Assembly: GCA_903959175.1 (NCBI GenBank)
Contig: CAJBVW010000019.1
Coordinates: 1-57,670 of the forward strand
DNA: 57,670 nt
Direction: 5' to 3'
Origin: an uncultured Pseudomonadota bacterium
GTDB lineage: Bacteria; Myxococcota_A; UBA796; SXON01
Shown: piece after piece, positions 29,509-39,071 of the stretch
How the letters are laid out: each line of letters opens with the position of its first letter
Position numbering within the stretch: position 1 is the stretch's first letter
Notes under the pieces: model-generated
The model's database searches: none
What the model saw: only the letters and a program-made list of their open reading frames with translations
Told to the model about the DNA's origin: nothing
Position numbers and translations under genes: made by a program

Positions 29509-30983
29509 TTCTTCATCTCGGCACGCTCGGACTCGATGCGTGAGCGGCGCTCGGTCTTCTCGTCGTCGCCCGTCGCCTTACGACGGTGCTCGCGAAGGAG
29601 GTCCTTCACCACGTCGATGACGCCGCTGTCGATGATGTAGACCTCAGGGAACTCCAGGGCGCGGGCGTAGAAGCGCTCTCGCTCGTGGCCCTCGGGGTCC
29701 GTGACGGGCGAGGCGTTCTTGCCGACGACGACGGTGCGGGCCTCGCCGCTGCGGTCCGTCATCACGATGGTCGCACGGGGGGACTCGAAGCCGTACTCGC
29801 TGCCCTCGGCGACCTCGGCCACGAACTCGTCCGCCTGAACATTCGCCACGCGGGTGGCGAGGCGCTTCGGGGTGCTGCCGGGGACCGGCACGCCGGTGTC
29901 CCATAGCCAGGTGTCGGCCTCCATCGTCACGGTCACGGTGCCGGTGAGATCGGGGTCGCGCTCGTCCCCGGCGTAGGTCGTCACCATGGAGGCGAGCGTG
30001 TTCGGGTCCATGCGCGCGAAGCGCTTGAGCCGGAAGGTCTCGGGCTCCGCGAGGTAGTCGTCGAGCAGGCCGTCGCGGGCGGCGTAGATGGTCGGCTCGT
30101 CCGCGAGCTTGACGTAGGCGAGGGCGTACTCTCCGTCCTTCTCGCCGGTGACGCCGCCGAGGAGCAACGTGAGGGGGTCGCGGCCAGAGAAGCGGATGGT
30201 GATCTGGGCGCGCGGCGCGTCCAGGCCGTACTTCGCGAAGTCGGTCGTGTCCTCGGTGACGAAGTCGACGGCCTTGAGCGCCGAGACGCGACCGAGGAGG
30301 CCGCGGATCTCGCTGTCGTTGGCAGCGAAGGCCTGCGGCGCGAGCATGTCCCAGCTGTTCTCGCCGGTGCGCTGGAAGGCGAGCCGCTTGCCCCCCGGGA
30401 GCTCGGCCGCGAGGGCGTCGACGTCCTTGCTGTCAAAGGAGGCGAAGCGCCGCTCTCGGAACTCGGCGAGCGAGAGGCTGTAGTAGTCCACCGCCGACTT
30501 CTTCACGGTGTAGACGGCGGTGTCGCCCGACTTCCGGATGTAGAAGCTCACGCCGGACGGGTTCGGGTCGCCGGCGTCGAACTCCTCGGTGGAGCCGTCG
30601 CGGAAGGTGAGCTTGACGTGGATGGTGCTGTTGCCGAGGCCGTAGAGGGCGTCGTCCGCGGGGCCGTCCACGACGCTGGCGCGCGCGACGAGGTCGTGGA
30701 GCTGGTGCTTGACGCGGTTGACCATCGAGCGGCTTGCGCGGAGCTCCTCTCCCTCCAGCCACCACCCGTCCGCGCGCTCGGCGAGCACGATGGCGCCGTC
30801 GGGCCGGGTGACCTCGACCTTGACGAGGTTCGCCTTCTCGAAGACGAAGATGGGCTTCTCGTTCTCCTTGAGGGCGGCCTTGCGCTCGGCGGGAGTGAGC
30901 TCGGCGGGGCGGACCATCCACCACGCGCCCAACAGGCCGAGCAGCGCGACGAGCGCCAAGAGGGTGCCGCGAAAGTTCTTCAT
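29505..30983 (-). CDS. DUF4340 domain-containing membrane-anchored protein
   Basis: N-terminal TM, then three repeats with YGL/YGF..P motifs (LYGLGNS, KYGLDAPR, EYGFESPR); follows a GldG-like gene. Confidence 0.85.
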   Translation of the reverse strand: MKNFRGTLLALVALLGLLGAWWMVRPAELTPAERKAALKENEKPIFVFEKANLVKVEVTRPDGAIVLAERADGWWLEGEELRASRSMVNRVKHQLHDLVARASVVDGPADDALYGLGNSTIHVKLTFRDGSTEEFDAGDPNPSGVSFYIRKSGDTAVYTVKKSAVDYYSLSLAEFRERRFASFDSKDVDALAAELPGGKRLAFQRTGENSWDMLAPQAFAANDSEIRGLLGRVSALKAVDFVTEDTTDFAKYGLDAPRAQITIRFSGRDPLTLLLGGVTGEKDGEYALAYVKLADEPTIYAARDGLLDDYLAEPETFRLKRFARMDPNTLASMVTTYAGDERDPDLTGTVTVTMEADTWLWDTGVPVPGSTPKRLATRVANVQADEFVAEVAEGSEYGFESPRATIVMTDRSGEARTVVVGKNASPVTDPEGHERERFYARALEFPEVYIIDSGVIDVVKDLLREHRRKATGDDEKTERRSRIESERAEMKK

Positions 30984-31014
30984 GTCGCTTCCTCCCGATC
31001 CGCCGAACCGCGGA

Positions 31015-32469
31015 TCATTGGCCGCGCCTGGACGACCAGACACCCGCGCCCAAGAGGACCGCGAGGAGCGGACCGATGGAGAGCACGAGCCAGCGCACCT
31101 TGCCGAGGTCCTCCGCGGAGAGCGCAAGGCGACGGACCATGCTCGGACGCCCGACGACGGAGAGTCGCCCTTCGTCTCCGAGGAGCCAGCGGAAGGTGTT
31201 GATGGCGAAGCTGGCGTTGCCGGGGCCTTCGGCGAGGAGGCCGTTCGCGATCGCGTCGGCATCGCCGAGGACGACGACGCGAGCGCCGCCGCGCTTGACC
31301 AGCCCGGACTCGGGGCCGAGCTCGAGCGCGAGGGCCATGGCCGCGGGGCCGGCACCGTCGATGTCGGCCTCGAACCTGGCCGCTCCGCTGTCGAGCGCGC
31401 CGCCGCGATCGATCCAGCCGTCGCGCGAGGTCTCGAGGAGAGTGGAGGCGCGGACGCCCTCTTTCGGCGGGACCGAGGCCTGCACGGGCGCGGCGCGCGA
31501 CACGACGGTCACCAGCATCTCGTCGGAGAGATCCTTGGTGATCGGGTGCGACTTGTACCGGGGCACCGGGCGATCGGGGTACGGGAAGACGAGGAGCTTG
31601 TCGAGGACGATACCGTCCGGCACGACCACACCGAGGCGGCCGAGGAGGCTCGGCACGTAGGAGCCGGGCTCCACCGCGACGAGGACCGACCCGCCCGTGG
31701 CGAGGTAGCCGAGGATGAGGTCTTCTTCGAGCGCGGGGATGGCGACGCGCGGACGGGCGATGAGGATGGCCGCGGCGTCGTCGGGGACGCGGGGGGCCAC
31801 CTGATCGCGGTCACGCACGAAGTCGAGCTTCTTGAGGTCGTAGTTCTCCTGGTCGAGCGCAGCGGCGAGCTCGGACAGGCCGTTCGGGTCGTGCCCCTCC
31901 ACGTCGAGCTCGCCGTGGCCGACGAGCGCGTAGACGACGCGCCGGCTGTCGGACATGAGCTGGGAAAAGGCACGGTTTATCCCTGCTTCTCCCAGGAACT
32001 CGATCTTGCGGTCGTCCCCCTTGCCGGAGCGGCGGAAGAGGTCGCGGTCCTGGAGGTCGACGCGGCGGTCGCCGCGCTGGACGACGACGGTGCCGTAGTC
32101 GGTCACACCAAGCTTCTCCGCGGTCAACCTCTCCTTGTCGAAGTCGATGAACCGGGTCTCGACGATCGCCGAGTTGTAGTCCATCTCCTCGAGGAGGTCC
32201 TGGAGCTGGCGGTCCTTGAAGTAGGACTCCTTCTTCCCGCGCTGCGCGGAGAAGGCCGTGACGGTGACCGGCTGCCCGTCCCGGTCGAGGAGGCCGAGCT
32301 TGTTGACCGTGTCGGCGGCGAGGACGCTGCCCTGATCCGCAGATAGATCCAAGCGGATCCGGAAGCGGTCGACCAGGAGGTAGACGACGACGACCGCCGC
32401 GACGACGAGGACCGTCACCGCGGTGGCGTTGGAGCCGACGGCGAGGCGGCGCTGCAGGTTGCGGTTCAT
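31015..32469 (-). CDS. GldG-family ABC transporter auxiliary component
   Basis: RLDLSAD, VYALVGHGE, SHPITKDL, RVVVLGDAD, NTFRWL; N- and C-terminal TM segments. Confidence 0.88.
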   Translation of the reverse strand: MNRNLQRRLAVGSNATAVTVLVVAAVVVVYLLVDRFRIRLDLSADQGSVLAADTVNKLGLLDRDGQPVTVTAFSAQRGKKESYFKDRQLQDLLEEMDYNSAIVETRFIDFDKERLTAEKLGVTDYGTVVVQRGDRRVDLQDRDLFRRSGKGDDRKIEFLGEAGINRAFSQLMSDSRRVVYALVGHGELDVEGHDPNGLSELAAALDQENYDLKKLDFVRDRDQVAPRVPDDAAAILIARPRVAIPALEEDLILGYLATGGSVLVAVEPGSYVPSLLGRLGVVVPDGIVLDKLLVFPYPDRPVPRYKSHPITKDLSDEMLVTVVSRAAPVQASVPPKEGVRASTLLETSRDGWIDRGGALDSGAARFEADIDGAGPAAMALALELGPESGLVKRGGARVVVLGDADAIANGLLAEGPGNASFAINTFRWLLGDEGRLSVVGRPSMVRRLALSAEDLGKVRWLVLSIGPLLAVLLGAGVWSSRRGQ

Positions 32470-33176
32470 CGCCACCGGCGCGACTCCAGTGAGCGGAAGG
32501 TCAGGAACAGGAAGACCGCCGTGAAGGCGACGAAGTAGAAGATGTCCGCGCTGTCGAGCACGCCGCGGTTGAACGAGTCGAGGTGGACGAGCACGGAGAG
32601 CGGGCGCACGGTGTCCGCCCACTCTTCCGGCAGGAGCGCCTCGGCCCGGCCCACGAGCCAGAACGGCAGGAGGAGGACGATGCCGACGAGGCCAGCCGCG
32701 ACCTGGTCATCCGTGAGGGAGGAGGCGAACAAGCCCGCGGCGCAGAACGCGGCGGCGACGCCGACCAGCCCGAGGTAGCTCGTGAAGACGACGCCCCAAT
32801 CCGGGTCGCCGTAGTAGGCGAGCACCGCCGGGAAGACGAGCGTACCGAGGAACATCAGGAGGCAGAGCGTCAGCGAGGCGAGCCACTTGCCGAGCACGAT
32901 CGCCCCGAGCGAGACGGGCGCCGTCATCAGCAGCTCGAGCGTGCCGAGGCGGCGCTCCTCAGCGAAGTGGCGCATCGTGAGCATCGGGAGCACGAAGAGC
33001 TGGGTGATCGCGAGGTTCCCGAGGAGGACGCGGAGCGAGGCCTCCCCCGTGAGGGTGACGCCCAGGTAGAAGAACAGGCCCGCCAGGAACAGGAACGCCG
33101 AGAGGAACACGTACGCGAGGGGGCTCACGAAGTAGATCCGCATCTCCTTCTTCCACAAGGTCCAGATCGCCCTCAT
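32466..33176 (-). CDS. ABC-2 type permease (GldF-like)
   Basis: KEMRIYFVSPLAY, LTMRHFAEERRLGTLELLMTAP, IVLGKW, RGVLDSADIFY. Confidence 0.92.
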   Translation of the reverse strand: MRAIWTLWKKEMRIYFVSPLAYVFLSAFLFLAGLFFYLGVTLTGEASLRVLLGNLAITQLFVLPMLTMRHFAEERRLGTLELLMTAPVSLGAIVLGKWLASLTLCLLMFLGTLVFPAVLAYYGDPDWGVVFTSYLGLVGVAAAFCAAGLFASSLTDDQVAAGLVGIVLLLPFWLVGRAEALLPEEWADTVRPLSVLVHLDSFNRGVLDSADIFYFVAFTAVFLFLTFRSLESRRWR

Positions 33177-34090
33177 TCACGCCCCACGATGGAGACGAAG
33201 GCCTCCTCCAGGGTCGGGAGGCGGTGCTCGAGGGTGCGCACGCGGGCACCGGCCTCGCGGGCGAGCTCGGCGACGGCGGGGCGGGGGTCGACCCGGGCGT
33301 TGAGGCGGAAGGTGCGCCAGGCGCCGTCCGCACCGAGGGGCTCGACGAGATCGACCTGCGGGAGCGCGCCGAGGCGGGGGCCGTCGAGCCCGTCGACCTC
33401 GACGAGGTACCAGTCGCCCCGGGGCGCCATCGCGCGGAGCTCGTCCAACGAGCCCTGCGCCACGAGCTGGCCCTTGGTGATGACCAGGGCGCGCGGGCAG
33501 AGCGCCTCGACCTCGGAGAGGATGTGCGTCGAGAGGATGACGGTGTGCGTGCCGGCGAGGGACTTCACGAGGTCCCGGATGCCGACGAGCTGGGCCGGAT
33601 CGAGGCCGCTGGTGGGCTCGTCGAGGATGAGCACGGGCGGATCGTGGAGGAGCGCCTGAGCGAGCCCGACGCGCTGGCGGTAGCCCTTCGAGAGCGAGCC
33701 GAGGATGCGACGCTCCCAGCCCGAGAGCCCGACGCGCTCCATCACCGAGCCGGTGCGCTGGTGGCGTGCCCGCCCGGTGAAGCCGCGAAGCTCGGCGATG
33801 AACCCAAGGTAGTCGCCGACGCTCAGCTCGGGGTACAGCGGCGGGGACTCCGGCAGGTAGCCGACGCGACGCTTGACCTCCATCGGGGACTCGAAGACGT
33901 CGAACCCCGCCACGCGCGCGTCTCCCCCGGTGGCCGGGAGGAACCCCGTGAGGATCCGCATCGTGGTGGTCTTGCCCGCGCCGTTCGGCCCGAGAAACCC
34001 GACGATCTCGCCCCTTTCGATCGTGAAGGAGACGTTGTTCAGCGCGAGGCGCGGACCATAGGACTTGGTGAGGGCGATGGCTTCAATCAT
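33173..34090 (-). CDS. ABC transporter ATP-binding protein (GldA-like)
   Basis: GFLGPNGAGKTT, VGYLPESPPLY, LSKGYRQRVGLAQAL, ILDEPTSGLDP. Confidence 0.95.
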   Translation of the reverse strand: MIEAIALTKSYGPRLALNNVSFTIERGEIVGFLGPNGAGKTTTMRILTGFLPATGGDARVAGFDVFESPMEVKRRVGYLPESPPLYPELSVGDYLGFIAELRGFTGRARHQRTGSVMERVGLSGWERRILGSLSKGYRQRVGLAQALLHDPPVLILDEPTSGLDPAQLVGIRDLVKSLAGTHTVILSTHILSEVEALCPRALVITKGQLVAQGSLDELRAMAPRGDWYLVEVDGLDGPRLGALPQVDLVEPLGADGAWRTFRLNARVDPRPAVAELAREAGARVRTLEHRLPTLEEAFVSIVGRE

Positions 34091-34146
34091 CAGAACGGCC
34101 GACCATCTAACGGGTACCCGCCCAGCCGCTACCCCCGGGTTAATCC

Positions 34147-34650
34147 ATGCCGATGCTTTGGGTCGTACTCGCGGCGCTCGCGCGCGCCGAGGTCGTCGAC
34201 GGGATCCTCCACGTCGTGGGGGATCGCATCGTCACCCGCTCCGATCTCGCGTTCGAGCAGGACTTCGACGCGCGGGACCGCGGTCCCCTCGTCCCCTTCG
34301 AGGACCCGAACTATCCGCTCGAGCAGCGGCTGATCGACTTCGCGATCCTCCGCGAGCTCGCGGGGGACATCGAGATCTACAAGCCCCCCGCCGGCGACGT
34401 GCGCGCGCGGTGGGAGCGCTTCCGGGACGGATGGCCCCATCCCGAAGATCATGCGGCGTTCCTCACGCGGTGGGGCCTGGACGACGAGCAGCTCCTCGGG
34501 TTCGTCTACAGCCGGATGGTGGTCGAGCGGTACGCGGCCCGCAACGCCGGTCAGGCGGTGGCGCTGGACCGCGGAGAGCTGACTCCCGAGGCGTACCAGG
34601 CCTGGATGGGCGCGCTCCGGGAGCGGACCAGCGTCCGGAACACGCCATGA
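34147..34650 (+). CDS. Secreted protein resembling the SurA N-terminal domain
   Basis: Signal peptide, then EVVDGILHVVGDRIVTRSDL, LEQRLID and a C-terminal YQAWMGALRERTSV; no PPIase domain. Confidence 0.6.
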   Translation: MPMLWVVLAALARAEVVDGILHVVGDRIVTRSDLAFEQDFDARDRGPLVPFEDPNYPLEQRLIDFAILRELAGDIEIYKPPAGDVRARWERFRDGWPHPEDHAAFLTRWGLDDEQLLGFVYSRMVVERYAARNAGQAVALDRGELTPEAYQAWMGALRERTSVRNTP

Positions 34651-35087
34651 GCGGCGTCCCCCGTCGGGCGACCGCCGCGGACATCGACGCGGTGCTCGCG
34701 CTCGAGCAGTCGTGCTTCTCGGACGACCCGTGGACCCGCAACATGCTCCAGGAAGAGCTGGGCCGCGCCGGCGGCGTCTTCGTCGCGCTCGGGGACGAAG
34801 GGCGGCCCGTCGCGTTCGCGATCGGCTGGTCGGTGCTGGACGAGCTCCATGTGCTGCAGGTCGCCGTGGATCCGGCACAGCGCCGCGGGGGGCTCGGGCG
34901 CCGCATCATGGAGGCGCTCGAGGCGGGCGCGGGCAGCGCGGAGACGGCGTGGCTCGAGGTCCGACGCGACAACGCCGCGGCCATCGGGATGTACGAGGCC
35001 CTCGGCTACCGCGCGGTGGGCTGCCGCCAGCGCTACTACACCGACGGTTGCGACGCGCTGCTGCTCCGGAAGACGCTCAAGGGCTGA
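34647..35087 (+). CDS. rimI: Ribosomal-protein-alanine N-acetyltransferase (GNAT)
   Basis: LEQSCFSDDPW, DELHVLQVAVDP, RRGGLG, LEVRRDNAAAIGMY, RQRYY..DAL. Confidence 0.9.
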   Translation: MSGVPRRATAADIDAVLALEQSCFSDDPWTRNMLQEELGRAGGVFVALGDEGRPVAFAIGWSVLDELHVLQVAVDPAQRRGGLGRRIMEALEAGAGSAETAWLEVRRDNAAAIGMYEALGYRAVGCRQRYYTDGCDALLLRKTLKG

Positions 35088-35111
35088 GCGGGGGGGCGCC
35101 GCGCTCCCCGT

Positions 35112-35997
35112 TCACCAGCTGCCCGCGCCGAAGCGGTAGGTCTTCTTGACGGGCTGATCCTTGATGATCTTCTGGAACTTCCAGCTCAAGACGGCGCGCG
35201 TCATGCAGCCCTCGAGGTCGCGGTCGGACCCGTTCACACCGGTGACGCGCACGTTCTTCGACGTGCCGTCCTTCGCGACGGTGAAGGAGACCTCCCACGC
35301 GCCCTTGAGGCCCTCGACCTGCTTGAGGCGCTGGTTGTAGCACCCCTGGAGCTGCGGGCTGGACGCGTTGATGACCGCCTTGGCCATGGCGAAGATCTCG
35401 TCGTCGTCCGAGAGGACGCGGTCGCTCGCGGCGAAGGAGACCTTGATCTGGTCGGCACGGACGCCGCCGCCGTCCCCCAGGGCGGAGCCGACCGCGGGCG
35501 CGAGCTGGTCCACGCCGGGCTCGGAGGGCGGGCGGGGCCGGACGCTCATGTCGCCAACGGGGGTGCCAACGCCGATGGTCGGCGCCTCGGTGGCGGGCCG
35601 CTTCGCGCTCGGGCGGGTGCCCGTTGCCGGGGGTGACGACCGGGGTGTCCGCGGAGGCCACGGGGACCGGCGCGGCGGCCTCGAGCTCGGAGAGCGGCGT
35701 GGCGTAGTAGTCGTCCATCTCGTAGGTGAGGGCTTCCTGCTGGTCCTGCCACACCGCCGTGCCCGCCCCGGCGACGCCGATCAGCGCCACGAGCGCGACG
35801 ACGCCCAGAATCCGGCTCTTCTTCTTCTTCTTCTCGAGGGCGAGCTGGTCCTCTTGCTCCTTCTTCAGGCGGAGCTGCAGGCCAGGGTCGGTCGGCGCCT
35901 CTTCACCCGGGATCTCCAACATGCAATGAGGGCAATTGCCCCCAAAGCGGAGGGTGTCCGATGGGATGGCGCCCTTGCAGAAGGGACATACGGGCAA
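35112..35997 (-). pseudogene. Zinc-ribbon / TM / Pro-rich / TonB-C-like (AgmX/PglI C-terminal) protein, split by a 1-nt frameshift
   Basis: 5' frame: CPFC..CPHC plus a TM. 3' frame: LQGCYNQRLK..LKGAWEVSFTV..LEGCMTRAVLSWKF. The two join if one base is removed from the run at 35629-35633. May be a sequencing error. Confidence 0.7.
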
Positions 35998-36130
35998 GGG
36001 CGAGGCCAGGGACGGCTCCAGGAAGAGGTGCGAAGGGTAGCAAGACGGCCGGGGACAAGGCAAGGCGGAGGAGGTCGGGCACGCGCATTGTCCCGACTGC
36101 CGGCCGCAGATCGACGCAGCGAGCCAGCCG

Positions 36131-37012
36131 CTACGCCGAGGTTCGTCCGGCGCGTTCGCGCGGACCGGTCCATTGGGACATCCCGCCGACCACGTTGTAG
36201 ATGCTCGACGAGCCGACGCTCGTCATGAACTCGGCGGCAGCGGCGCTACGCCCCCCACCCTGGCAGACGAAGATGAGGTGGTGGGTCTGCCCGAGTTCGC
36301 CGTAGCGGTGCGGCAGCTCGTCCACCGGGATGTGGCGCGCGAGGGGGGAGCGGTCACCCTCGAACTCTCCCTTCGTGCGGACGTCGACGAGGAGGTAGGG
36401 GGAGTCGTCCTCGCCGAGGAGGGCGAGGGCGCCCTGGGAGTCGACCTCGAGCACGGCCGCAGAGGGCTTCCCCGGGGTGCGGATGGCGCCGGACGCGGCG
36501 GAGGGCGGGGGCGGCTCGACGACGGGCGGCTCCTTGCCCTCGGCGCGCGCGGCGGCCGCGAGGATGGCGGAGACGTCGACCCGACCGCGCTCGGACATGC
36601 ACACCTTGCCGTCCTTTCCGACGAGCACGACGGTGTCCTTGCAGAAGGGGCGCACGCGCCCGGAGGCGCGAAAGCCGCGCGCGGCGAGGGCCAGAGGGTC
36701 GTAGAGGAGGAAGAACTCGGTGGCGATGCGGGCACGGTAGGCGCGGAGCTCGTCCGTGCGCGAGGTGTGGACGCCGAACACGGCGGTGTCCAGCCCCTCG
36801 AGGGCCGGGCGCGCGCGGTCGATCGTGCGGAGCCAGGCCTCGGTGTCGGCGTCCGTCACGGAGCGGAAGAAGACGAGGAGCACGTTGAGGTGCCCCTTGA
36901 AATCGTTCAGCTTGATCCAGGTACCATCGTCCGCCGTCAGCGAGAGTGGGGTGGCCGCCTCCCCCACTTCGAGCGGCTTCCACGAGAGGAAGTTCGTCAG
37001 CTTCGAGCCCAT
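36131..37012 (-). CDS. AhpC/TSA-fold domain (no peroxidatic Cys) fused to a rhodanese domain
   Basis: LEVGEAATPLSL..DGTWIKLNDFKG..VLLVFF, LLYDP; C-terminal LVDVRTKGEF, CQGGGRS, YNVVGGMSQW. Confidence 0.85.
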   Translation of the reverse strand: MGSKLTNFLSWKPLEVGEAATPLSLTADDGTWIKLNDFKGHLNVLLVFFRSVTDADTEAWLRTIDRARPALEGLDTAVFGVHTSRTDELRAYRARIATEFFLLYDPLALAARGFRASGRVRPFCKDTVVLVGKDGKVCMSERGRVDVSAILAAAARAEGKEPPVVEPPPPSAASGAIRTPGKPSAAVLEVDSQGALALLGEDDSPYLLVDVRTKGEFEGDRSPLARHIPVDELPHRYGELGQTHHLIFVCQGGGRSAAAAEFMTSVGSSSIYNVVGGMSQWTGPRERAGRTSA

Positions 37013-37059
37013 CGCGGACCTCCGGAGCGACCGTCTATCCGAAATCCGGAAGCCCGGCG

Positions 37060-38982
37060 CTACGTGCGCTGCTCGTCGCGACGTCGGAGGGCGTCGAGCA
37101 GCAGGAGGTCGGCCGCGCCTGCGAGGTTCGTCAGTCCAGCGTCCTCGAACCGCACCTCGAAGCGCCCCTCGCGCACGGCGACGAGCGTCTGGAGCGCGGC
37201 TTCGCCCGCGCGGATCCCGTGGGTCGCGGCGACGAGCCGCCCGTCGCGGACCTGGATCGCGCCGAGGTCGGCCGTCCCGATGATGACGACGCGCGCGGGG
37301 CGCCCGCCGCGGAGGAAGGTCTGGAGGAGGTCCACCAGGGGCAGCTCGGAGAGGCGGCCCGTCACCGCCGCCGGCGGCTCGGGGCGACGCCGGAGCACCT
37401 TCCGGAGCGCGCCGAGGAGGGCGGGGATGGCGGTCTCGCCCGGCGCGGCGGCGGACTCCATACGGACGACCGGGATGCCACCGTCCGCACGGAGGGCTGC
37501 CTCGAGGTCCTCCTCGCCGGGCGGGTTGGGCTCGGCGAGGATGGCGCCGGCGCGCAGGCTGTGGGCGAGCCGCAGCGCTTCGGGCGCGCCCTCGGCGGTC
37601 GCGACGGTGAACCCCTCGGCGGCGAGCTCGGCGCGCGCGGCGGCGGCGAAGGACGAACGCTCGGAGGCGACGACGACGACCGCGCCGGGCGCTGCCTCGG
37701 CCGCCTGGACCCGCTCGCTGAGCCCCCGGCGGCGCAGGACCGCGGCGAGCGCGTGGAGGGCCGTCGCGTCGTGACGCGTGGCGTCCACGCCAAGGGCCGC
37801 GACGGCGTCGTCGCCAGGGCCTAGCGAGGCGCGCACCGCGGCGCGGGCCGTGTACACGATCTCGGCCCCGAGGTGGGGTCCCGGCCCGGACTCTCCCCGC
37901 ACGCGCACGAGCAGGGCGTCGAAGAGCGCCTGAACCTCGTACGGCGGAGACCAGACGCGCAGAAGGTCGGCGGCCCAGCGGATGCCGGCGGCCTCGTCGC
38001 GATCCCCGGAGCGGTCGGGGCCCTCGCCGAGCGCGGTGAACATGGCGGCCAGCGTGACGGTGTCGCGCTGCTCCGCCGGCAGCTCCGCATACTCTGCCAT
38101 CTCCCGCACGAGCTCCGCGGTGCGCCGGCCCGCGCCCGAGCGCCCGTCGGCGTCGACGAGGAGGTGGCCGAGGAGGCCGAAGAAGAAGTCTCGTGTGCGA
38201 TCGTAGGGAATCCCGATCCGCCGCCCCGGACCGAACCCGTCCAGCGCGCAGATCTGGACCATCGGGCGCAAGCGGCGCCAAGAGAGCAGGTAGGGCTCCA
38301 CCTCGGGGAGCACCGCGCGGCGAAGGAAGACGCGATCGGCCTGATTTGCCTCGATGAAGGCGCTCACCTGCTCGGGATCGCCCACGATCTCGGAGCTCCC
38401 GCCCTCGAGCGCCTCGAGGCGCCGGAGCGCGGCGGCGCGATCCGGATCGGGCTCGAACACCACCGTGAGCCCAGCGGCGGCGTTCTCGGCCTCCACCTCC
38501 GGCAGGGGCGCGACCGAGCGATCGTCGGTGTGCTCCATCGGGAGGAGGCGATCGACGAGGATCCGCATCGCGCCCCGCGGCGCGACGAACAGGCGGAGGC
38601 GGGCCGCACGGGCAGAGGTCTGGGCCGCGCGAAGTGATGGAATGTCGGTCGGATCAGCGGTGAGGAGCGACAGGACGCGCTTCTCTTCGTCGAGGAAGGT
38701 CGGCAGGAGGAGCCGCTCGCGGATGAGGCCGTGCGGCAGCAGGTCCAGCACCTCCGGCGCGATCGAGAGCCGCGCGAGCCGCTCCTCGGGCACCATGTTG
38801 AGTCGGAACTGGTGGGCGAGGGCGCGCGCGAGCCCGTCGTCGTCGAGGAGACTGAGCTCCATCGCGACCTCGCCGAACCGGGAGCCCCCGCCGTCCCGCA
38901 GGCGAGCGAGCACCTGCTCCACGTCGTCTTTGCTCATCAACCCGAGGGTGAGGCAAACCTCCCCCAGCGGCGTGTGACTCAT
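37060..38982 (-). CDS. MshEN/T2SSE N-terminal domain protein with a degenerate receiver-like region and C-terminal DUF4388
   Basis: PLGEVCLTLGLM...RFGEVAMELSLLDDDGLARALAHQ, VLDLLP, TADPTD; C-terminal GRLSELPLVDLLQ, GEAALQTL..EGRF. Alternative ATG start at 39006. Confidence 0.8.
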   Translation of the reverse strand: MSHTPLGEVCLTLGLMSKDDVEQVLARLRDGGGSRFGEVAMELSLLDDDGLARALAHQFRLNMVPEERLARLSIAPEVLDLLPHGLIRERLLLPTFLDEEKRVLSLLTADPTDIPSLRAAQTSARAARLRLFVAPRGAMRILVDRLLPMEHTDDRSVAPLPEVEAENAAAGLTVVFEPDPDRAAALRRLEALEGGSSEIVGDPEQVSAFIEANQADRVFLRRAVLPEVEPYLLSWRRLRPMVQICALDGFGPGRRIGIPYDRTRDFFFGLLGHLLVDADGRSGAGRRTAELVREMAEYAELPAEQRDTVTLAAMFTALGEGPDRSGDRDEAAGIRWAADLLRVWSPPYEVQALFDALLVRVRGESGPGPHLGAEIVYTARAAVRASLGPGDDAVAALGVDATRHDATALHALAAVLRRRGLSERVQAAEAAPGAVVVVASERSSFAAAARAELAAEGFTVATAEGAPEALRLAHSLRAGAILAEPNPPGEEDLEAALRADGGIPVVRMESAAAPGETAIPALLGALRKVLRRRPEPPAAVTGRLSELPLVDLLQTFLRGGRPARVVIIGTADLGAIQVRDGRLVAATHGIRAGEAALQTLVAVREGRFEVRFEDAGLTNLAGAADLLLLDALRRRDEQRT

Positions 38983-39071
38983 CTCGGCCTCGCGGACCCG
39001 TAGCATACGCCATCCGACCGACCGGGACGGCCGCGCGCACAGGCCCGCGTCAATGCGGTATCGTCGCCGGG

